In this document: positions 37,766-49,099 of the stretch, one piece after another
Layout: every line of letters starts with the position of its first letter
Numbering within the stretch: position 1 is the first letter of the stretch
Notes under the pieces: model-generated
Told to the model about the DNA's origin: nothing
The model's database searches: none
Seen by the model: the letters and a program-made list of their open reading frames with translations, nothing else
Made by a program: the position numbers and the translations under genes
DNA from: Cenococcum geophilum
Lineage: Eukaryota
Length of the DNA stretch: 64,000 nt
NCBI GenBank assembly: GCA_050273025.1
Contig: CP158635.1
Location: forward strand, 5,890,001-5,954,000
Direction: 5' to 3'

Positions 37766-39896
37766 TAATAGCTTAGTAGTAGTAGCTGTACAGCCTCTAG
37801 AGGCTTTGCTAAGTAAGGATATTTAGGAAGAGGTTCGGCCGACTAGCTAGAAAGAGGGTATTAAGGAAGACGAATTAAAGGCTGTTTTTAAGGCCCGCGG
37901 TAAGACTGCTAAGGATGAGGTAGATAAGGTAGATAAGACTAAATTACTAGAGCTATTAGCTAAAGAAGTTTTAAGAATAGGCTTCCCTACCGTACCTACT
38001 ACGTGGGAGCCTATAGCTACTATTCCTAAACTAGATCTTAAAGTTATTAACCTTCTAAAGGAGTTAATATTTACTACTTAGCGTGCTAGTAAGCCTATCT
38101 ACGGCTTTAGTACGGGCGCCTAATCTAATAAATCTTCTGCTTAAGATAAGGATAATAAGCGCTCTGCTTACTGTACGGTAGCAGATTAGGTTAGTATAGT
38201 ATCCAGTAAATATAGATCTGAGTAGGACCTACTAATTCAAGTATTTCTACTGTTCTTTAGTATTAGCGTATTTAAGAAGCTCGCAATTAGCATAAACCTC
38301 TATATAGCCTCTTAAAACGCTAGCGGATATTACTAATTAAGACGGTATGCTGGTAAATAATTATAGGTATAGAAGGAGACCTCTACGGGCGAGTTAATAA
38401 TTTAGGTAGGATTTGTTATCTATATAGGCGTCTTTAAAGTTCCTTAAGTGCAAGACCTTTAGGCTATAGATCCTAAATATCCTAGACACTTAATCAGCTT
38501 ATTTATAGGCTAAAAAAGATAGAAGTAACTTAAGCGCTTCTTTTATATATCACCGCCTCCACTAAAAGGCGTTAAATATCATATATTTAAGAAGATTAAG
38601 CCGTTAATAATATCTTTAGGCAAGGCGTTTAGAAAGTACGTTATACCTAGATCTATAGTTAGCTTTAATAAAATAATAGTGAGGTTTACTAGACAATCTA
38701 TGGCTATAATTAAATTACCTAGTAAGCTAATACCTAAAGGCTATAAGATAATAAGTCTTTATTAATATGGATATTACTATAGCTTTATATTTACATTACC
38801 TGGTTACTTTTTTAGGCTTCCTTCTTAAACGGATTACTAAAATATCGTCCTCTCAAAGACCTCCGAATGCGTCCTTACCTAATAGCTTCCTCTCTAGACC
38901 TATTAATTCTGCCTATTTTTGGATAACTACTTCACTAATATTCCGTTGCTTTAGGTGCTTTAACGGCTTAGGGTTACTATAGCTAGGACGGCTCGATTAA
39001 ATTTAAAGGACTATTTAAAGGTATATAAAAGGGCTAATAAAAGAAAGGTAAAACTACCATTTAACTTTATTACGGGAATAGTTGTTAGCGTAGTTAATTT
39101 AGTGCTTTTAATTGTATAGCAGGATAAGAATTTAATACGGTTTTTAACGACAGCTCACTTATATAGCAGTGAGGATATTAATGAAGTTGACTGATGTTGG
39201 CCGCGAGTATATAATTCCTTCCTTAAAAAGCTAGTGGCTAACGTTTAGGGTAATAATCTAATTAAGAAGTTAACGCTTTCTAGACTCTCTATTAACTATA
39301 ATAACTAGATAGGCGGCGTTAATATCTATAATTAACTTCGAAGCTACTATACTACCTAGATTACTACTATACGTACCTAGATGCCCTTATTCTTTTAGGC
39401 GCTTAATATAGCTGTAATTAACGCCTATATTATCAGCAAGAATATCTTCCAGATGTTAAGCAAGCTATTTCTTTATACCCACCGCCGCTTCTATATATAA
39501 TTAGTATGGAACCTTATTATTATAAGCAGTTAGAAGATAGGGTTAACTAAATAAGATACTAAGCGTCGTCTTTATCTAGTCCTATAAAAGCCTAGGTAAT
39601 ATTAACCTGGTACTAGGTCTAGTTATAAAAATATTAAAATAAATTAAAGAAGTACCTACGTTACTGCTAAAACCCTACTACCTACGATTTAACAGTGTAC
39701 GCGAACTCACCGCTCTATTAAAGGTTTTATAAAGAAGTAAGGCTATAAGGGCTTACTAAGATACTAGATATATAGATAGAAGGAGGCTAGGAAGCTTATA
39801 ATATAAATACGGCGAATAGTATATAAATGCGAGGTTTATAGGCTTCCTCTATGCCTTTAGTGCTTTAATAGCTTTTATTTAGCAGGTAATGACTAG
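37766..39896 (+). pseudogene. piggyBac transposase (DDE_Tnp_1_7-like) relic with C-terminal Cys-rich domain
   Basis: Reads KETSTGEL..YIG, VSFNKIIVRFT (SFDEMMVRFTG), PSKLIPKGYK, DNYFTNIPL, IGGVNI*N*LRSYY (MGGVDISDQLRSYY), MPLFF*ALNIAVINAY, and CEV..LPLCL.CF. Ends are approximate. Confidence 0.9.
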
Positions 39897-42800
39897 GTAA
39901 CTATTTTTAATCCTCTACTTCCTTATACGTCCAATATTAAGACCTTAAAGCTAATTAAGCCTTTACGGTAGTAACTTTCTTAGCCTCCTTTAAGCCCTCC
40001 TCTACTGCCTTTAATTAATCCTCTATACTAAATAATCGTGTTACGGACGCTTTAAGTACGATATTACGACTACTTAGAGAAAAGTCGAAAGAAGCTAGTT
40101 AGTTAATAAGAGCACAGTCTAGGATGGAGCCGATAGAGCTATGTAACAAAGAATGGTAACCAAGGTCACGTGGGGTGATCCGTATGATCTATAGGATCTA
40201 TGTGATCCGTAACAGAGTATATAGAGCACACGTATATTACGTACAAGAAGGATTTTATAGGAGTACGGTTATGTATTTAAGGACCCTTAGTCCCTACCTA
40301 GATAGTTCCTTCCTTATAGTAATTCTTAGAATACAATTAGAGTTAATCTGTTGGGCAACTACTCTACTAGTTATTATTATTGTGTTAACTTCTATACTGC
40401 ATTTCCTATACACCTAACCCAATAACGAGCCCACCGTAGTTCTTGCTATAAGGTTCTGTTATACAATCACTACCTAGTTACGGTATTAGTATAAAGAGTT
40501 AAATAAAATGCCACCAAAAGCAGCCACCACGACGCCATTAACGGCAGCAACTACTTTAAGATTAGGTAACGATACTAGTATAGTAAACACTAACTTACAG
40601 CAACCTATAACGGTTGGACAATTATAAGAGATAGTTAACTAGTTAATAGAAAACAATATAACGCTAGAAAATAGGATTAACGGGATAGGCGCAGTAAAGG
40701 TTAAGTTACTATTAATTAAAAGATACTTAGGAGAGAAATTGAAGCTTAAAGGATTCCTTATATAAATATACTTTAAGGTAGCACAGGAAGGAGCAAAGCT
40801 AGCAATACCTATAGATTAAATAGCATATGTAGGACTGTTCTTAATAGGAAGGGCACTTAAGTAGTTTAAGCCTTACCTTATAGAGATATAAGCGAATAGT
40901 ATAACAACCACTAACTAAGAGATACGGTTTATATTCTTAAGCTAGAACAGATTTATAGAGCGACTTATATAGATGTTTGGAGACCTAAAGGTAATAACCA
41001 CGGTAGAGAGAAAGCTCCAAAACCTAATATAATAAACCTTAGTAATTAAGTATATAACGCAATTCCAGACGTTAGCGACGCAAGTAAAGTGGAATAATAG
41101 GGCGCTTATGGCATAGTATAAATAGGGACTTAAGGCTAAAGTCTAGGACGCGATTATCCTAATAGAAGATGTAGACACCCTAAGAAAACTAATAGATTAG
41201 GTAATTAAGATTAATAATTAGATCTACTAAAGGGAACAGGCTAAGAAAGGTTAAAATAGAGTTCTATAGTTATATAAGGCGTAAAGCACGTAACGATAGA
41301 AGCCAAGTTAGAAACTATAGTACGGCGCAGAGCCAATAGACCTAAGTAGTACTAAAGAAGCCTATAAAAGACGGAGTAAGAAACTATAGAAACCTAAAGG
41401 ATAAGGATTAAGTAATTAAGAGTCTAAGGAGCAGAGGCTAAATCAGGGATCTTAGCAGTAGAAGATATTTAGGCGGACTCTATAGTAAGAAAGATGGTTT
41501 AAAGAAGGAGCTTATATAAATTGCGGAAAATAGGGTTATTATACTAGAGACTATAGAAGTGGGCAGAGTCACTACGCGGTAAAGGGTATAAGACTAGCAG
41601 ACAATATATACGTATAGAGGGACGATAATATGCTGCGAAAAACAAAAGAATATTTAATTAGAAGTTTTACGTTCTGTTACAACAACACATACCGAATTCA
41701 TAAGGACGCTAAGTACAGCGTAAGCTATTGGCCATAGGAGCCACAACCTATAGGATATAGAGGAACCAACGAACTAGTTCGCAGATCGGACATTGAGGAT
41801 GATAAATTCGACATAGGCGAAACATTTCAAGACAAGATAAGGTAAGCTTAAGGACCTACAATAGACGATAACCGATGGAGCAGAGTAGCGGCTTAGTTTA
41901 GTAATATATAAATGAGCTCGGGACGGAAGTTCCCACAGATATAAGATTCTTAAGACGAGATAAGTAAGATTTAAGACTCTTAAGACGAGATAAGAACACT
42001 AAGTAAGCCTAGTTAGACTAAGGCAGGAGCTAAGCTCAAGATAGGAGTAAGCTTAGGATTAAGGATTTAAAGGGACTAAGAATTTGGAATGCGAATTAGG
42101 ATACCCATAAATAAGAGGTAAGGAGCTTCTTTATAGATTAGAGAATCTGCGGCATAAATAGTAACTAGACTAGGAGACAGATATATAGACCCAGAAGACT
42201 TACTAGTAGAATACGGCGTTTATACTAAAGATCGAAAAATTAATATAAAGATTAAGAAGTAAAAGAGCTTTAAGGATTAAAGCGTAAGGCACAAACCAAA
42301 AGAAACCATAGAAGAATTTAGACAAAGAATTATTGTATAGTAAGAACAGAAACTAGATAAGAGATCTAGTATATTAGGACGTATAAAGGACAGAGCACTA
42401 GTATAAAGAATTACTAATAGGCCTAGGGCAGGCATACTAAAAGCTAAGTAGCTTACTAAACTAGAAGATAAAGAGGATTTAGAAATCCTAACTAGGTTCG
42501 AAGAATGATATATAAAGGGCTGTTATAATATAGCAATGAGAAGATACTTCCTTATAGATAAGCCGTATACACTCTAGCAGCTATACTAAAAGTGGTATAG
42601 GCAGAGGCACAATAATAAGTGGGAAGATTTTTATATATAGCTAGATAAAAAAAGTTATCTAAGACCACCTAATTATAGAAAAGGCTATAACATATATTAA
42701 AGGAGCCTTAATTATAACGTTAAAGGATCTAGAGGAATAATTAGAGGACTAGAGAAGCAAGAGACGCATCTTAATACCTATAAATAAAGTCGCAATGTTT

Positions 42801-43602
42801 AGATTAGCGCGACAAAGGTTTAAACTTAGGGACGAGGATGAGCCAAAAGTTAACCTAAAGCACCTAGCACACCACACGCTGTTATAGATTGCGTGCATGG
42901 ATAATATATACAAGATGCATAAGAATCCAAAAGAAAAGAATCGGAAATACCTTATAAAAATATACTGGATGATAGACGAGCGACAGTACAGGAATGCTAA
43001 ATATATATATAAATAGCATCTAGCAGAGGTTTAGGAGGAAGGAAGCTTAGTACTTTAATTAGGAAGATTCCTTATAGAAGAATACTTAGACGGATAATAG
43101 TAGTGGGAATGCCTAGAAAACACATATCTATAGCATATTAAAGAAAAGAAGCGAACTAGGCATTAGCTAAAGAGTGAGCTAAGTACACAGGGATTAAGCA
43201 GCCAACAGTTAGGAAAAGTAGAGGCCTATAGGACTAAAGGGAGCCAGTAGTAGAGCCTTAGACCCTTAAAGGAATTTAAAAATAATACCTAAATTTACGA
43301 GTTAAATAGTAAGATTAATAGTTTAAAGCGCTAATAGATAGTAGAGTAACGCGGAACTATATTTTACTAGCAGCAGTTAAGAGAATAGGGCTACCTTATA
43401 GATAGAAGGAGCAACTTTACCTATTAGTTATAATTTTAGGAGATCTAATAGCCTATAGAGGAGGGATTATTAATCTTAAAATAGGACCTATTTAAATAAC
43501 TATTAAAGGGAGACAAATTAAGATGTCTTTTAATATCCTACCATTAGGACGGGATAAGGTAGTATTAGGCATACCTTAGTTATAGGAATATAATCTAAGG
43601 AT

Positions 43603-43961
43603 TGTCACGGGACACCCCCGTGACACCTTATACACGTCCACCTGTTTCCACCGACTCAGCAACTAGAGACTGACCACGAGACGGCAATTTGCGGCAATCT
43701 GACGGCAATCTGCCATATTCTGCCATATTCTGCCAAGTTCCACCGAATCCTGCCAAGTTCTGCCAGGACCACCACCTGAATCCTATTCTGCTCCGTGCAC
43801 GTGTTGACCAAGCAACCAAGCTAACGATATATACCCTTTCTTCCCGTTTCCCTGCCTTCTCTCCTTACGCAACGTCTTGACCTTATCACACAGTTCATGT
43901 ATATAGCTTAATAGTATCTACTTTGCTACATATTATCACCGCTTATACTTACTCCGTGACA
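43603..43961. mobile_element. Solo LTR (359 bp) inserted in the protease region of Gypsy 3
   Basis: tgtcacgg...ccgtgaca termini. TSD aggat at 43598-43602 and 43962-43966. Absent from the sister copy (~58260). Confidence 0.93.
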
Positions 43962-46900
43962 AGGATCAATTAGATTACAGGGCAAGTTAATATTAGGGAT
44001 ACTTAACGCTATAAGCAGCAATAATAAGCTAAGTTAGTATAGTACTAAGTAGAAGTAACCTACAAAGAAACAGAAAAAGGACTAAGTTATATACCAAAGA
44101 GATACCATAAGTATAGTAAGAAACTATGGTTACTAAAGAGTAAAAAGCTGTTAGAGTATATAGCATAGGACTATAAGATAGAGTTAGAACCAGGAATAAG
44201 TCTAAAGTTTTTTCTAATCTATAAGCTTACCAAAGAGGAAGGTAGAGCACTAAAAGAGTTTATCCAAGAAAACTTACGGAAGGGATATATTAAACCATTA
44301 TAGTCATTAGCGGGTTATCCAGTACTATTTATACTAAAGAAGAATAGTAAATTAAGACTGTATATTAACTATAAACAGTTAAATAGCATCACTAGGAAGG
44401 ATAGGTATTTTTTACCCTTAATTAGCGAAATCTAAAACAGAATAGGTAACGCGTAAATCTTTATAAAGATAGATCTAAGATAGGCGTACCATTAGATCAG
44501 AATTAAGGAAGGCGATAAGTAGAAGGCAGCCTTTAGGTTAAAGAAAGGACTATATAAGCCATTAGTTATATAATTCGGGCTTATAAACGCACTAGTAATA
44601 TTCTAGAAGCGTATTAACAATATATTAGGGGAATACTTAGATGAATTTATTATAGTATATCTTAACGATATTATTATCTACTTAATAACTAAGGAAGAAT
44701 ACGGGGAATATGTTAAATGGGTTTTAAAGAGACTATAAGAAGAACAGATGCTAGTAGTAATTAAGAAATGCGAGTTCTTTACTAGGAAGACCAATTTTAT
44801 TAGATTTATCATTAAACTAGGCTAACTTAGTATAGATCTAAAGAAATTGGCAAGAACTGGAGAACGTTATATAGTTAAGATCGTTCCTAGGGTTTTGCAA
44901 TTACTATAGAAGGTTTATAGTATAATAGTTAAAGGATATTAAGCCGTTTACGCGATTAATAAAAAAAGAAGAACTATAGGTATAGGGAGAAAAATAAAAA
45001 GAACTCTTTAAGAAAGTTAAGGAGTTGTTTACCCAGGAGCTAGTTTTTAAGATCTATTAACTAGGACTAGAGACGGTTATAGAAACAGATGCATTAGACT
45101 ATATATTAGGGGCATACTTTATATAAAGATATTAGGATAAATAGCACCCAGTAGCATATTATAATTGGAAGATAATACTACTAGAGTTAAACTATAATAT
45201 CTATAATAAGGAGTTGTTAGGTATAGTTATAGCATTAAAGGAATAAAGAGCATTCTTGCAAGGTATAGAAAAACTATTTATAGTTAAGACGGATTATAAG
45301 AACCTAATAGGATTTTTAACAACAAAGGAACTTAACTAAAGATAGGTTAGATAGGCAGAGATGCTTATAGAATACTATTTTAAGATTTAGTATACTAAGG
45401 GTATAGATAATACGCGAGTAGATGCTCTAAGTTATAAGGCTAAACTATAAAGTAATAGAAAGCTATTAGGGGCTCTACTATAAAAAGATATAGATGGATT
45501 AATTAGGTATAATTATTTAAAGATTATAGTAACTTAAGAAGAACTAGATAGAGTTTATAAGTTACTAGAAAGCTTTTAGGTATAAAGGATTTTAGAAGTA
45601 TAGCTAGAAGATCTATAGATGGATATATACGAAAATTAAGAAGTAAAGTATATCCTAAGAAGTATAGTAGAGTAGTTTATAGAGGACTTCTATAAGGGAC
45701 TAACTTAAGGACATAATAGAGCTATAGGCTTAGTATTAAGACTCTAAGAGGAGTATATTATTAATGGAATCTAAAGGATAGCTAGAAGGGTTACTAGAGA
45801 GTGTCTAGATTACTAAAGGAATAAATTAATAAGGTATAAACTATATAGAGGGTTATAACCTATTAAAACACTAGAAAGGCCATAGGAGGTTATATTATAG
45901 GACTTTATTATTAAGTTACTAAAGTTAAGAGATTCTATTACCGGACAAGATTATAATATAATCTTAGTAATAGTAGATAAGCTTATAAAGTGGGGATACT
46001 TTATAGTATGCACAGAAGAAATCTTAGCGGAAGATATTGCTAGAATCTATATTAAAGAAGTGTTCGTAAGATATAGAGCACTAAGTAAGATTATATCGGA
46101 TAGGGATCTAAGATTTATAATAGTATTCTAAGAAGTATTCTTAGCGGAGTAAAGAGTTTAAGTAGCAACTTCTATTATATATTATCCGCAGATAGACGGT
46201 TAAACGGAAAGATTAAATTAGACGTTAGAATAGTATTTAAGGTATTATATTAATTATGCATAAAATAATTAGGTATCGCTATTACTAGTTACGTAGTTTT
46301 TATACAATATAACACCTTAAGAAGGAATAGGCACGTTACTATTTAAGGCAAATTACGGATATAAGCTAAGAATATTGTTATTACTATAGTAAGCGAAGAA
46401 AATAAGTAGCATAGCTAAAGAAAGAATAAAGATATTAATAAATCTTTATATAGACCTTATAGAATTAGTAAAGAAAGTATAAGAGAGAATAAAAAGGTAT
46501 TATAACGCTAAGAGATCTAAGGGACCAGATCTTAAGGAGGGAGATAAAGTATAGCTACTATATAAAAATTTTAAGAGTTAACGACTAAGTAAGAAGTTAA
46601 ACTATGTTAGACTAGGACCTTTTAAAATTACGTAGAGAATTTCACTAGTTATATTTAAGTTAAACCTACTAGCCAGAATAAAAATCTACCCTATATAGTA
46701 TATCGTAATGCTAGAGCCAGTATATAGGAATATTAAGTTACTAGTTTACGAAGTAGACACATATAGAGGATAGGAAGAAGATAAATAGCAAGTTTTAAGA
46801 ATCGTTAGTTATAAGGACATTAACAATAAAATATAGTATAAGGTTAAGTGGATAGGCTATACTAAGACTACCTAGGAACTACTAGAGAATTTAAAGAACG

Positions 46901-46999
46901 CTATAGGAAAGGTATAAGAGTATTAGAGGAGATTAGGTTAGGCAGTATTAATAAAGAAGGATTACTAAAGAATAAGTTACCTAAGGGGGACCTAAGAAG

Positions 47000-47573
47000 A
47001 GCAGCTACTAAAGTACTTAAGTCTGTTTCCTTCTCTATTAGAGGAGAATCCGTTCTTTTATTGCTAAGTTCCTATAAACTTTATTTTATAAGTTTCTATT
47101 CCTTAGAATAAACCTTCTTACGAACCTTCTTAAAACGAATTAGCTAAGCAGACGCCGTAAGACGAGATTTAAGAGCCTATTATTAAGCATTAGCAGCTTC
47201 TTATTTAGCATTATAAGAACGGCATAGTTCCGCTAGAGTAATAGACAGTTTATTATCTAGCTATATAGCAGTAGATTAAATATAAGACCCTAAGATAAAT
47301 TAACTAGGGAACTAGACGGCTATTAAGAGTAATAGGCCGTATATATTTAGTATTAGAGATAGAGCAAACGTTATAGGATAAACGAATATTTACTTTAGTA
47401 TACTCTAAGTAAGAGGATAGTTGTTGTGAAGATAGGTTCGCCAACGTAATATAAACTAACCCCTTTTTTAAATAGTAAGAATATGGAGACAGTATAATCT
47501 CACTAAGAGATAATATTGCAGCAATAGTGCGAGCACGATGGACGGTTAAAGAAGAAGAAATTGCTTTAGGTAT
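47000..47573 (-). pseudogene. Antisense ORF of Gypsy 3: Zn(II)2Cys6-like motif plus coiled coil (RIPed)
   Basis: Six TAT/TAC codons are spaced X2-X6-X13-X2-X8. The sister copy at 54638 retains two of them as TGT/TGC. Confidence 0.6.
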
Positions 47574-48737
47574 AATAAGTAATAATATTAACCAAATTAA
47601 TTAGACGGATATTATACCTCTAGTAAACAACTTAGAGATATTTTAAATCTTTAAGAATAAAGATAAAGAGAAGGGAGATGGTATTACGGACGCTTTAAGT
47701 ACAATATTATAACTACTTAGAGAAGAGTTAGAAGAAGCTAGTTGGTTAATAAGAGCACGGTCTAAGATAGAGCCGATAGAGCTATATAACAAAGAATGGT
47801 AACTAAGGTTACGTAGAGTAATCTATATAATCTATAGAATCTATATAATCCGTAACAGAGTATATAGAGCACACGTATATTATATATAAGAAGGATTTTA
47901 TAGGAGTACGGTTATATATTTAAGGACCCTTAATCCCTACCTAGATAGTTCCTTCCTTATAGTAATTCTTAGAATACAATTAAAGTTAATCTGTTAGGCA
48001 ACTACTCCACTAGTTATTATTATTGTGTCGACTTCTATACTGCATTTCCTATATACCTAGCCTAATAACGAGCCCACCGTAGTTCTTACTACAAGGTTCC
48101 GTTACAAATCGCTAATTAAACCGTTTAACTACCTGTAGCATCTTACGCATCTTATTTAATGTATATAATACGTCCTTTATTATAACCTTAAGCTAATCCT
48201 CCACTAGTTTATTCTTATTAATGTTAGGAACGCGTATAAAGCGTATATATGGTAGAAGTTTAGGGGAAGACTCTAATGGAGGATTTTCCTATATAATTAG
48301 TAGCTAGTTAATGGAAGAATGGTAAGAACGTATAACTGTAACGTTATGTATTATAACTTTTTACTTAACTTCCTTAAATAAAATCTGTGGTCGGTGTTTT
48401 TGGGGTTGCCTTTTATAGTATTTCGTTAGCATTATGATGTTAAGGTGTTTTAGTGGGGCTTGCTAATAAAATTGCGCTAGCTGGGGTGCCTGTAGCATGC
48501 TAACCCAAGCAAAAGCGCCAAAAGCGCCCAATACGAAAAGTGACTTTTGCCACACGAAGGGATAAGGAGGTGCCAAAAGATCCCTTACAGAGAACCAGGG
48601 AGCACTCGCTGCATCAAGCCCAAACGACATAACCAACTAAAAAGACTCCAGAAAATCCCAAAAGAAACCCTGAGTTGCCCGCATCACAGGTGAGTCATAT
48701 AAGAGACGACGCGCGCCTATATAAAATTCGAACCGTT

Positions 48738-48811
48738 TACTAGACCACCATACGAAGGTTTTGCTCAAAACGGCTTAGTGCGCGGCAAAACCCCGGTATG
48801 ATGGTCTGGTA
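48738..48811. repeat. Short TA-flanked inverted repeat (MITE relic) in the NLR upstream region
   Basis: tactagaccaccatacgaaggttttgc ... gcaaaaccccggtatgatggtctggta (27-bp arms, about 5 mismatches). Confidence 0.65.
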
Positions 48812-49099
48812 CCGAGATAACGCGAAGCTCAGGCCGCCCGCTGCTGACTGTGCCCCGCCTGGCGGGCCAATGGCGGGCCGCTCGCGCCAATCCCACCTCT
48901 GGCTAGCGCTTGCGGCTGTGCCTCGCTGAGACGATCACACCTCAGTCCATGATAGCTGCCAGCAGGCAGCCGGCCACAATGCAGGCTGAGTGGCAGCAAA
49001 CGTCGTTGCCAGGGCCGTCAGAACACCGCTTCACCCTCTCCGCGAGCATTTCTCCAGGACAACCCCTCCGCCCCCTTACTTCCACCGTAACGACTCCGA

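Larger units (their letters stand above)
40039..48106 (+). mobile_element. Ty3/Gypsy 3, full length, RIPed; LTRs 40039-40463 and 47682-48106; long gag from ATG 40508, pol ~43215-46970, antisense ORF in 3' region
   Basis: 425-bp LTRs, TSD aatcg at 40034-40038 and 48107-48111, and PPT agagaagggagatgg. Protease ALIDS, RT YLNDI, integrase YYPQIDG*TE. Confidence 0.95.
35197..48561 (+). mobile_element. piggyBac-superfamily DNA transposon (~5.3 kb without the nested Gypsy 3)
   Basis: 15-bp TIR ccctttgtgtggcaa / ttgccacacgaaggg, flanks TTAT and ATAA, and an internal piggyBac transposase relic. Confidence 0.85.
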
